Below are positions 49,485 through 58,752 of a stretch of DNA of 64,000 bases, in pieces. Below the pieces are notes generated by a model. The model made no database searches. It worked only from the letters and a program-made list of their open reading frames with translations, and was not told the DNA's origin. The position numbers and the translations under genes were made by a program. Every line of letters begins with the position of its first letter. Positions within the stretch are counted from its first letter, which is position 1. The DNA is from an uncultured Methanocellaceae archaeon (GTDB taxonomy: Archaea > Halobacteriota > Methanocellia > Methanocellales > Methanocellaceae): NCBI GenBank assembly GCA_963769045.1, contig CAVYKK010000029.1, positions 24,211 through 88,210 on the forward strand. The letters are read 5' to 3'.

Positions 49485-52449
49485 CTATTTCTTAGGCGTA
49501 GCCTGGGGCGCTTTTTGCTTTGCTGCGGGCGCCGCAGTCTTCTGGGGCTGCGACTGGACCTTAGGCTGGCTCTGGGTGGTCTTCGGAGCCTGCACCTTCG
49601 GTGCCTGCGTCTTTTGAACGGCTGGCGCCTGGGTCTTCGGCTGGCTGGCCTGCTGGACGGTCTTCGCCGGCTGGACGGCGGACGCAGGCTGCTTTTTCAC
49701 CGCAGTCGTCTGCTGGGGCGCCGACTGTTTCGCGCTTGTCGCGGGCGCTTTTGTCACCGGCTTCGCGGTTGCTGCCTGCTTGCTTACCTTCGTAGCCTGT
49801 TGCTGCGGCTGGGATTTCACGTTCGTAGCCGGAGCTTTAGTCACCGGCTTCACCGTGGCCGCCGGCTTGCCTGCCGGCTGCATCTGGGACCGGCCGGTCG
49901 ATACTGGTGGTTTGGCTGTGGCCTTCGGGGCGACCGGCGTAGACGCTTTTTTATCGGAGACAGGCTTCGGCGTAGATGTCTTGACCGTATTTAACGGAGC
50001 TGCCGTCTTTACGGGCGTTTTCGTCGCCGGAGAGGTCAAAGCACTCTGCCCTTTTGGCGGCGCAATGGTGGTCTTCGGGCCCGTGTCCTTCGGTATGGGC
50101 GACGATGCGCCCTTCTTGTTCCCCGTGGTCAGCGGGGCGGTAGTCGGTGCCGCAGGAGTCTTTCCTTTAGCCGTCGGGAGGGACCGTTGATGTCATGGTC
50201 TTACCGTCCGGGCCTGTGCCGGATTTCTTCGAGGCGGCAGGCGGCAACAGCGATGCGCTGCCTGTCTTAGCTGCCGGCACCGTAGTGCTCTTTGGCGGTG
50301 AAGGGGACGTCACGACTTTGTTGCCTGGCGTCTTAGCAGGCATGCCAGTCGGTGCCAGTTCTTTGCCACCTGACACAGGCATAGCCGATGGTGTCCCTTT
50401 CTTTGAGGCAGGCGTTATGGATGGCGCGAGCGAAGCCGGGCCTTTCTTACCGGGCTCTGGCACGACTGAAGCCGCACCTTTCTTCACGCCCGGCACCTGT
50501 GTCGGCGTGAGCGACGCCGCACCTTTCTTTCCGGGCCCCGGCGTAGCGGACATCTGACCTTTCTTTGCGCCAGGCATTACAGATGGCGAGGACACAGTCT
50601 CGCCTTTCTTACCGGGTCCGGGTGTTACAGACGCCTGTCCTTTCATGGTCCCGGGCGTTATAGAGGGCGATTGCGTGGCCGTACCCTTATTTTTACCGGG
50701 CCCGGGCGAAGCTTCGACGGCCCCGGCCTTCTTAGTTCCGGGCACTGCGGCGGGCTTCCCTTTACCCGTGGAAGCCAGCGGCTTCTCTTTCGGCACAGGC
50801 GTAGCTACCTTACCCTGTCCCTTCTCTTTAATGGCGGCGTCCTGCACGCTCTTCGATATGGTGGGCGGGTCGACGGCGCCGGACTGCAGGGCCGTGTCTG
50901 CGGCGTTCAAGGCCGCATTGACACCCGGCGTGGCAATATCGGACGATGCCAGCTGCTGTACGGCCAGCACAGGATTACCGTTCGACGCGGCCGAGGCCGC
51001 AGCAGCAGCCGAGGCGGCGACACCGCCGAAATCGGCGCCACCCGACGCAGCGGCGGCGGCAGCCGAAGCCGCGGCCGACGCTCCCGCGGTTCCGACAGAT
51101 GTTGCGACCGCGTTAGCGACCGCCGAGACGCTGCCGCCTGAGGCTGCGGCAGCCGCCGAAGCGGCAGCAGTTGCAGCACCGCCGAAATCAGCGCCACCGG
51201 CAGAAGCCGCAGCCGCAGCCGCAGCCGCGGCGGATGCGCTGCCCCATCCGCCCGTAGCAGCCGCGGCCGACGCCGTAGCCGATGCGACATTGTAGCCGGA
51301 CGATGCGGCAGCAGCAGCTGCGGCAGCAGCAGCGATGCCGCCGCCGTCGACGCCAGCCGAAGCTGCGGCCGATGCTGCGGCAGCAGCGGCCCCGCCGCCG
51401 CCATAGACGTAGGGCGAGATGCCATTAATGGCACCGTAAGCGTCTCCGCCATATGCCACGGCCGACGCTGCGGCAGCAGCAATAGCGAACTGGTTTACGT
51501 AGATGCTTGGGGCAAAGGTGTCCAGATAATATGACGAAGGAATGTCATACGGGCAACCATATCCACCATATCCACCGTAGCCACCGTAGCCACCATACCC
51601 GTAATCCCCGTAGCCGCCATACCCCCCATAGCCCCCGTATATCGGACAGAACGGAGCGACAAGTATGGGAATCGGTACAAATACAGGCACGGCTACCGGC
51701 ACGGCGACAGGCACGGGCACCGGGTATACTATGGGTTCCACTGCCGTGTAATATCCCGATGCGTAATTGTCATAGCCCGTGTACAGGTCATTCGCCAGCT
51801 CCGGGAACGCCGGGAAGCTCATGCGGTACGTCACCGTATCGATAACGAGCTGCATTGGCTGCTCGAGCGTAAAGATCTGCTGGTTGCCGTCCGGCGATAT
51901 GACGGACACGCTGTCCACCTCGAAGAGCGTCCGGTCATCGCTGGAGCCCTGGTACGCAGTGTCGAGGTTGATGACAAACACGTTCTCATTCGACCGGAGC
52001 GCATCGTATAGATCAGTCTTCTGCACGGTCCCGGCATTGCCAATCGATGCCGCGAGGCCGGACATGTCGATCTGTATGGTGTTGGCCGCACGGTCCAGTA
52101 CGCCCATCAGCGGCTGGCTCATGGTATATACGGTACATTGCGGTGAGTACGGGCTGGAGATAGCCATCCCTACCACTTCGAAATACAGCCGGTCTCCGTC
52201 CTGGGAGACCATGTACGTGGCCAGGCTGAGCTGGTTCTCGCCCGATGTAAACCCGGTCAATCCATCCAGACCAGGGATTGTCACCTGTTGAGCGCCTCCA
52301 GCACTCATGCCCCCGTAAGGAGCAGTGGAGAACTGTTGCGCGAGGACAGGCGCAGTAAATATAAATGAGCACACGACCGACAGTGCGACCAGTATGCTTA
52401 ACACACCCTTCGGTGTCATATAACTGTCAAGATTCAATTCCATCCCCAC
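49485..52449 (-). CDS. Secreted silk-like protein 1 (conserved N-domain, GYG repeats, poly-Ala array, long Lys/Pro/Thr tail); one +1 frameshift near 50175
   Basis: Signal peptide; domain paralogous to 52655-55960 and 58753-60216. ORFs 50167-52449 and 49485-50039 join seamlessly after removing one C (about 987 aa). Confidence 0.78.
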
Positions 52450-52654
52450 GGCAAAACATGTTTTATGAAAATATAAATTATTAGAACAGTTTTTCGCATG
52501 ATTTTGGCTAGAAAGCAGTAATAAGTGAAACAGAGGATAATTTGAGCTTATTTACCCTTTGAAACACCACTACAGGCGGTATATGAAATACCATGTAGAA
52601 TAATACATTTGAAAAAATGATGCCGGTGACATTTGCCACCGGCTTATCTGTGGT

Positions 52655-55600
52655 TTATTTCTTGCGAAGGTTGGCACCGCCACTGGAGGGCATTTGTGCT
52701 CCGCCTGTGGCAGGCGCCTTGCCGACATTGCTCGGCGCGCTGAACTGCTGCTGTCCTCCGCCCGTGCCGGTCGGTGTCTTGAACCCGGTCGTAGGCGTCT
52801 GGATGTTGCGTGGCGAGGTGCCACCGATACCCTGGCCACTCTGGAACTTAGTCGGCGTGGTCGGCGTCGTTATTTTGCTTGGGGTGCCTCCTGTGGCACC
52901 CTGGCCGCCGAACTGTGTCCCGGCGCCACCGATCTTGGCCGGTCCGCCCGTAGGTCCGCCGATCCTGGTCGTGGGTGCGGCGAAGCCGGCTCCACCCGTA
53001 GGCCCGCCGATCTTAGTCGTGGGTGCGGCGAAGCCGGCTCCACCCGTAGGCCCGCCGATCTTAGTCGTGGTCGGGGCGCCGATCTTCGTCGTTGGCCCGC
53101 CAAATCCTCCGGTCTTGCCGATTGGTGCTCCGGTCGGTCCGCCGATCCTGGTCGTGGGTGCGGCGAAGCCGGCTCCACCCGTAGGCCCGCCGATCTTCGT
53201 AGTCGGTCCGCCTGTCGCGCCACCAATCCTGGTGGTCGGGGCGCCGATTCCGGCTCCACCCGTAGGCCCGCCGATCTTGGCCGGTCCGCCCGTCGGTCCG
53301 CCGATCTGCGTTGGTCCGCCAGTCGCGCCACCAATCCTGGTGGTAGGTGCTTTGAATCCGGCCCCACCCGTGGGTGCGCCCGTGGGTCCGCCAGTCGCGC
53401 CACCAATCTTAGTGGTAGGCATTCCAATCTTGCCAGGCCCGCCCGTCGGTCCGCCCGTCGGGCCGCCCGTCGCACCGCCTATCCGTGTGGTAGGCGCACC
53501 AATCTTTCCTGCCGGTCCTCCGGTCGGTCCGCCAGTGGGCCCACCGGTCGCGCCACCTATCTTAGTGGTGGGCGCACCAATCTGGCCCGGAGCACCGGTA
53601 GGTCCGCCCGGTGTCACAGCTCCGCCCTTGCCTATCTTTCCTGCCGCATCATTAATGCGCGAGGTGAAGTCGGCCGGGCTGCCGCCGCCCTGCTTCAGGT
53701 TCTGTATCTGGTTCTGGAAGTTCTTCGCGCCCGGTGTATTGAACTCCTTGGTCTGCGTCAGCTGCTGCGTCGTCTTAGCCGGGTCGCCGCCGCTGGCTGC
53801 CGCTGCTGCCGCCGCTGTGGCTGCTGCGATGCCGCCTGAATCGGCGCCTCCCTTGGATGCTGCTGCCGCCGCTGCCGCTGCCGCGGATGCGCCTCCGCCT
53901 CCGCCGACTGCGGACGATGCCGCTGCTGCCGCCGCTGCCGCGTTACCGCCGCCGGCTGCCGCCGCTGCCGCCGCTGCTGCAGTAGCTGCGCCACCTGCGC
54001 CCGCTCCGCCTGCGGCTGCCGCACTGGCTGCTGCCGCTGCGGCCGAACCACCGGCTGCATTGCCACCGGCTGCCGCCGCTGCTGCCGCCGCTGCGGACGA
54101 TGATCCGCCACCGGCTGCAACTGCCGCTGCTGCCGCCGACGCCGCTGCGCCACCTACTCCGGCGCCACCTGTAGCTGCTGCACTTGCTGCGGCTGCCGCC
54201 GCGGACCCACCGGCTGCATTACCTCCGGCTGCCGCTGCCGCCGCTGCTGCCGCGGATGCTGAACCGCCGCCTGACGCAACTGCTGCTGCCGCTGCCGCTG
54301 CCGCTGCGCCACCTACTCCGGCGCCACCTGTAGCCGCTGCACTCGCTGCTGCCGCCGCCGCTGCGCCTCCTGCTGCATTGCCACCGGCTGCCGCCGCTGC
54401 CGCCGCCGCCGCGGACGAAGAACCTCCGCCCGATGCAACTGCTGCTGCCGCCGCTGCCGCTGCTGCGCCACCTACTCCGGCGCCACCTGTAGCCGCTGCA
54501 CTTGCTGCGGCTGCCGCCGCGGACCCACCGGCCGCATTACCTCCGGCCGCTGCCGCCGCTGCCGCCGCCGCGGATGCTGAACCGCCGCCGGCCGAGACTG
54601 CTGCCGCCGCTGCCGCCGCTGCCGCACCTCCGACACCGGCACCACCTGTGGCCGCTGCCGAAGCTGCTGCCGCCGCTGCCGCACCGCCTGGTGCGTTGCC
54701 TCCGGCCGCTGCCGCCGCTGCCGCCGCCGCGGACGATGATCCGCCACCGGCTGCAACTGCTGCTGCCGCCGCCGCTGCCGCTGAGCCTCCTAATCCTGCT
54801 CCGCCGCTTGAAGCTGCAGCTGCAGCTGCCGCCGCTGCCGAAGCGCCACCTGCGCCTCCGGATGCTGCCGCCGCTGCGCTGGCCGCTGCCGCCGCATCGC
54901 CTCCGCTGGCTGCTGCCGCCGCAGCCGCCGACGCCGCTGCTATTCCTCCGGGTCCTGCCCCGCCTGCCGCCGCTGCAGCCGCTGCCGCCGCCGCCGCGCC
55001 GCCGCCGCCGGATACCGCTGCCGCCGCAGACGCTGCCGCCGCTGCCGCGTTACCGCCAAAGGCGGCTGCCGATGCTGCTGCGGATGCTACCGCGAACTGG
55101 TTCGTGAAGATGTTAGGCGTGAAGAAGTTGCTCACGAATGCCCCCGCGAATGCGAACGGGAACGGTACCGGCGCGAAGATGATCGGGAACGGCACCAGGA
55201 AAGGCACGAAGATCGGCGGCGTGATCAGGATGGGCCCGCCAAGAATTACCGGCCCGATGATACCCGGTGGCGGCCCATAGAAGCCGCTGAACGTATCGAT
55301 CATCTGCGGGAATGTCACCATGCTGATGCGGTAAGCCTGCGCGTCGATGATCAGCTGCGTGGGCTGCTGCATCTGGAACGTCTGTGCCTTTCCGTCAGGC
55401 GGGATCATGGTGATCGCGTTGACGTTGAACAGGGTCTGCAAGCCCTGCGTACCCGCATAGGTCATGTCGATGTCGATGACCATGATGCTCGGGTCCACCC
55501 TCAGCGCATCGTAGACGTTAGACGCGCTTACAGATCCGGCCTGCCCGACTGCGACACCGATGTTCGAGATGTCGATCTGCATCGTGTTTTCCGAGGGGTT

Positions 55601-55960
55601 AGCTATGCCCGGGAGAGGCGTCTTTAACGCATACGCCATCGCCTGCCCGGACTGCGGGCTCGAGATCGCGAACCCGACCACCTGGAACCCCATCTGGTTA
55701 TTCTGTTGCTGTAATGGCTGGACCGCCAGGCTCAACCGGTTCTGGCCGGACGAGAAACCCTGCAGCCCTTCAAGGCCCTGAATAGTCAATCCTCCCGCGG
55801 AGCCCGACGGGCCATAGCCCGCCCCTGCCCCGGCGTATGTAGCCTGCCCGCCATATTGCTGGCCTGTGACTACACCAGTGAACTGCGTCGAGCATATTAT
55901 CAAGAATGAGATAATGATACTGAGCGCAGCTAACAAGCTAGTGCCGGTATTTTTCTTCAG
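52655..55960 (-). CDS. Secreted silk-like protein 2 (conserved N-domain, long poly-Ala/Gly array, GGPT-rich tail)
   Basis: Signal peptide 'KKNTGTSLLAALSII...CSTQF'; probable CTG start at 55960 after GGGGGTGG; 159-bp super-repeat. Confidence 0.82.
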   Translation of the reverse strand: MKKNTGTSLLAALSIIISFLIICSTQFTGVVTGQQYGGQATYAGAGAGYGPSGSAGGLTIQGLEGLQGFSSGQNRLSLAVQPLQQQNNQMGFQVVGFAISSPQSGQAMAYALKTPLPGIANPSENTMQIDISNIGVAVGQAGSVSASNVYDALRVDPSIMVIDIDMTYAGTQGLQTLFNVNAITMIPPDGKAQTFQMQQPTQLIIDAQAYRISMVTFPQMIDTFSGFYGPPPGIIGPVILGGPILITPPIFVPFLVPFPIIFAPVPFPFAFAGAFVSNFFTPNIFTNQFAVASAAASAAAFGGNAAAAAASAAAAVSGGGGAAAAAAAAAAAGGAGPGGIAAASAAAAAAASGGDAAAAASAAAAASGGAGGASAAAAAAAAASSGGAGLGGSAAAAAAAAVAAGGGSSSAAAAAAAAAGGNAPGGAAAAAAASAAATGGAGVGGAAAAAAAAAVSAGGGSASAAAAAAAAAGGNAAGGSAAAAAASAAATGGAGVGGAAAAAAAAAVASGGGSSSAAAAAAAAAGGNAAGGAAAAAAASAAATGGAGVGGAAAAAAAAAVASGGGSASAAAAAAAAAGGNAAGGSAAAAAASAAATGGAGVGGAAASAAAAAVAAGGGSSSAAAAAAAAAGGNAAGGSAAAAAASAAAAGGAGAGGAATAAAAAAAAAGGGNAAAAAAAASSAVGGGGGASAAAAAAAAASKGGADSGGIAAATAAAAAAASGGDPAKTTQQLTQTKEFNTPGAKNFQNQIQNLKQGGGSPADFTSRINDAAGKIGKGGAVTPGGPTGAPGQIGAPTTKIGGATGGPTGGPTGGPAGKIGAPTTRIGGATGGPTGGPTGGPGKIGMPTTKIGGATGGPTGAPTGGAGFKAPTTRIGGATGGPTQIGGPTGGPAKIGGPTGGAGIGAPTTRIGGATGGPTTKIGGPTGGAGFAAPTTRIGGPTGAPIGKTGGFGGPTTKIGAPTTTKIGGPTGGAGFAAPTTKIGGPTGGAGFAAPTTRIGGPTGGPAKIGGAGTQFGGQGATGGTPSKITTPTTPTKFQSGQGIGGTSPRNIQTPTTGFKTPTGTGGGQQQFSAPSNVGKAPATGGAQMPSSGGANLRKK

Positions 55961-56252
55961 AATTCCACCCCCGAGTGGTTCTCATAGATTCACGTTCGAT
56001 AAAAAGGTACATATTGATAATAGACTTGAGGCTGCATTGAACGATTTTAAGTGAAATTAATTACATTTGATAATTTTTTAACATATGAACGAAATTAAAT
56101 GGTTATTTTACGATTATAAATGAAATATCAGCGTTATATTCGATATGCGCCTGTATATACGGCATAAATTATGTCATACCGGTACCTATGCTTCCCGGTT
56201 TACAGGAAAAAGTATTGGCCCGGCAAAATATATCGCCGGGCCATATCTGTTT

Positions 56253-58484
56253 TTACCGTCGGCCCATGGGCATTCTACCCATGCCGGTTCCCATGCCGGT
56301 TCCCATGCCGGTTCCCATGCCGGTACCCATGCCGGTACCCATGCCGGTACCGCCGAACTGTCCGGGCTGTGTGAACTTAGTCGGGGTCATCGGCGTGCCA
56401 ATTCCCCTGCCCTGGAGATTTGTCGGCTGATTGAAGCCCGTAGGCTGCTGGAACTGCTGTTGCTGGAACTGCCTGGGCATACCAGTCTGACCGCCAGTCG
56501 GTCCGCCAACCTTAGCCGTAGGCATACCGGTCTTACCGGCCAGTCCGCCCTGGGCCATACCGGTCGGGCCACCTGTCGGCCCACCGATCCTCGTAGTAGG
56601 CATGCCAGCGCCAGCTTTACCAGCCGCTCCACCCGCAGTAATGCCAGTCGGCATTCCTGCGCCGCCCGTTCCAAGGTTCTTCGCCGCGTTCTGGATGTTG
56701 GATATCGTGTTCTGCGAAGTGGCACCTGTCTGCGTACCCTGTTGGGTCGCCTTTAATATTTGTTGCGCACCGGGCGTGTTGAACTGTTTGGACTGCGTCA
56801 GCTGCTGTGCTGCCTTAGTGGGATTTCCACCGCTGGCCGCCGCAGCCGCAGCCGCAGAAGCTGCTGCAACTCCGCCAGCATCCTTTGATCCGGATGCTGC
56901 CGCCGCAGCCGCAGCTGCTGCTGATGCTCCTCCGCTGCCACCGACTGCTGTCGATGCAGCAGCCGCAGCCGCACCTGCATTTCCGCCTCCTGATGCAGCA
57001 GCCGCAGCAGCCGCAGCCGCAGCCGCACCACCTGCTCCGGCACCACCACTGGCCGCCGCGGATGCAGCCGCAGCCGCAGCCGCACCACCGGCACCACTGC
57101 CTGCTGCAGCCGCAGCAGCAGCCGCAGCCGCGCTACCTGAGCCGCCACCGGCTGATACCGCAGCAGCAGCCGCAGCCGCAGCCGCACCACCGGCACCGCC
57201 GCCATTGGTTGCTGTTGCTGCTGCCGCAGCAGCCGCTGCTGAACCACCGGCAGCACTGCCACCGGCAGCAGCCGCCGCTGCCGCCGCCGCGGATGCTGAG
57301 CCTCCACCGGCTGATACCGCAGCAGCAGCCGCAGCAGCAGCCGCACCACCTACACCGGCACCACCTGTGGCCGCCGCCGCAGCAGCAGCCGCCGCTGCTG
57401 AACCACCGGCACCTGTGCCACCTGCTGCCGCCGCAGCCGCAGCAGCCGCGGATGCACTACCTCCGCCCGCTGCAACTGCCGATGCGGCTGCCGCAGCCGC
57501 CGCACCACCGGCACCACCGCTGGACGCTGCCGCAGCCGCAGCCGCAGCCGCAGCACCACCGGCACCACCGGCTCCCGCAGCAGCCGCAGCAGCAGCTGCC
57601 GCGCTACCTGAGCCTCCACCGGCCGATACCGCAGCAGCAGCCGCAGCCGCAGCCGCACCACCGACACCGGCACCACCATCAGCAGCCGCCGCAGCCGCAG
57701 CAGCAGCCGCAGCGCCACCGGGGAAATTACCTCCGGCCGCCGCAGCAGCCGCAGCAGCCGCAGCCGCTGAACCGCCACCGGCAGACACTGCTGACGCAGC
57801 CGCAGCCGCAGCCGCACCACCGACACCGGCACCACCATCAGCAGCCGCCGCCGCAGCCGCAGCCGCAGCCGCACCGCCAAGACCGCTGCCGCCTGCCGCA
57901 GCCGCAGCCGCAGCCGCAGCCGCCGATGTGCCGCCGCCTGCTGCAACCGCTGCCGCCGCCGCAGCCGCAGCCGCACCACCGACACCGGCACCACCATCAG
58001 CAGCCGCAGCAGCCGCAGCAGCAGCCGCAGAGCCGCCGGGGAAATTACCTCCGGCCGCCGCAGCCGCAGCCGCAGCCGCCGCGCTGGACCCGCCGCCTGC
58101 AGATACTGCCGCTGCAGCCGCAGCTGCTGCCGCACCACCCGCACCACTGCTGCCAGATGCCGCCGCCGCAGCCGCAGCCGCAGCCGCGCTGCCTGGCGCT
58201 GCCGCCGCCGCAGCCGCAGCCGCAGCCGCCGCGTCTCCACCGGACGCCGCAGCCGCTGCAGCCGCAGCTACAGCTGCAGCATCATCAGGGCTTGCACCGC
58301 CGGCCGTCGCAGCTGCTGCTGCGGCACTGGCGAAACTATTCTGATCTGTTCCCATACCGATTCCATCGGCCGCGTCACCATTCGTGGCATATACTATGCC
58401 GGAAAACTGTGTCGAGCATAATATTATGACTGACATTAAAATGCTTAACGCAGCTAACAGGCTTGTGTTAGTCTTTTTTGTCGT
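56253..58484 (-). CDS. Secreted silk-like protein 3 (poly-Ala/Gly array without the N-domain; GMGT tail)
   Basis: Signal peptide 'KKTNTSLLAALSIL...CSTQF' homologous to protein 2; probable ACG start at 58484 (first ATG is 58436); 159-bp super-repeat. Confidence 0.8.
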   Translation of the reverse strand, partial: TTKKTNTSLLAALSILMSVIILCSTQFSGIVYATNGDAADGIGMGTDQNSFASAAAAAATAGGASPDDAAAVAAAAAAAASGGDAAAAAAAAAAAAPGSAAAAAAAAAASGSSGAGGAAAAAAAAAVSAGGGSSAAAAAAAAAAGGNFPGGSAAAAAAAAAADGGAGVGGAAAAAAAAAVAAGGGTSAAAAAAAAAAGGSGLGGAAAAAAAAAAADGGAGVGGAAAAAAASAVSAGGGSAAAAAAAAAAAGGNFPGGAAAAAAAAAAADGGAGVGGAAAAAAAAAVSAGGGSGSAAAAAAAAAGAGGAGGAAAAAAAAAASSGGAGGAAAAAAASAVAAGGGSASAAAAAAAAAGGTGAGGSAAAAAAAAAATGGAGVGGAAAAAAAAAVSAGGGSASAAAAAAAAAGGSAAGGSAAAAAAAATATNGGGAGGAAAAAAAAAVSAGGGSGSAAAAAAAAAAGSGAGGAAAAAAASAAASGGAGAGGAAAAAAAAAAASGGGNAGAAAAAASTAVGGSGGASAAAAAAAAASGSKDAGGVAAASAAAAAAASGGNPTKAAQQLTQSKQFNTPGAQQILKATQQGTQTGATSQNTISNIQNAAKNLGTGGAGMPTGITAGGAAGKAGAGMPTTRIGGPTGGPTGMAQGGLAGKTGMPTAKVGGPTGGQTGMPRQFQQQQFQQPTGFNQPTNLQGRGIGTPMTPTKFTQPGQFGGTGMGTGMGTGMGTGMGTGMGTGMGRMPMGRR

Positions 58485-58752
58485 AACTCCACCCCCATCT
58501 CTGATATGCTATTTTCGTGTACAGGGTGAATATGTATCGATAATAGATTTGATGCAATAATTAACGATTTTTTTACTAAATTGCTTAAAAATGCAGTTAT
58601 TTGTATAAAATAGTCAGCATTTTGCCTTAATTTCGGTTAAAAATGCATAATTAACGTTAATTAATACAATGTGATTGCGGACAAGCGAGTTGTGCCGGGA
58701 ATGCTGATAATAAAAAAGGGCCGGCGGATTAGCCGCCGGTTTACGTTAGTAT

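Noticed and set aside
49485-50039. Separate histone-H1-like Lys/Pro/Gln-rich gene
   Set aside because: It has only a TTG start with no RBS, and the same frame stays open upstream to the +1 shift in the preceding gene, with continuous composition.
52617-58429. Long plus-strand ORFs (52617-55280, 56602-58344, poly-Q/P 56885-58429) and alternative-frame Arg/Leu ORFs
   Set aside because: These are stop-free shadows of GCN repeats. The minus-strand frames carry the signal peptides, RBSs and conserved domains.
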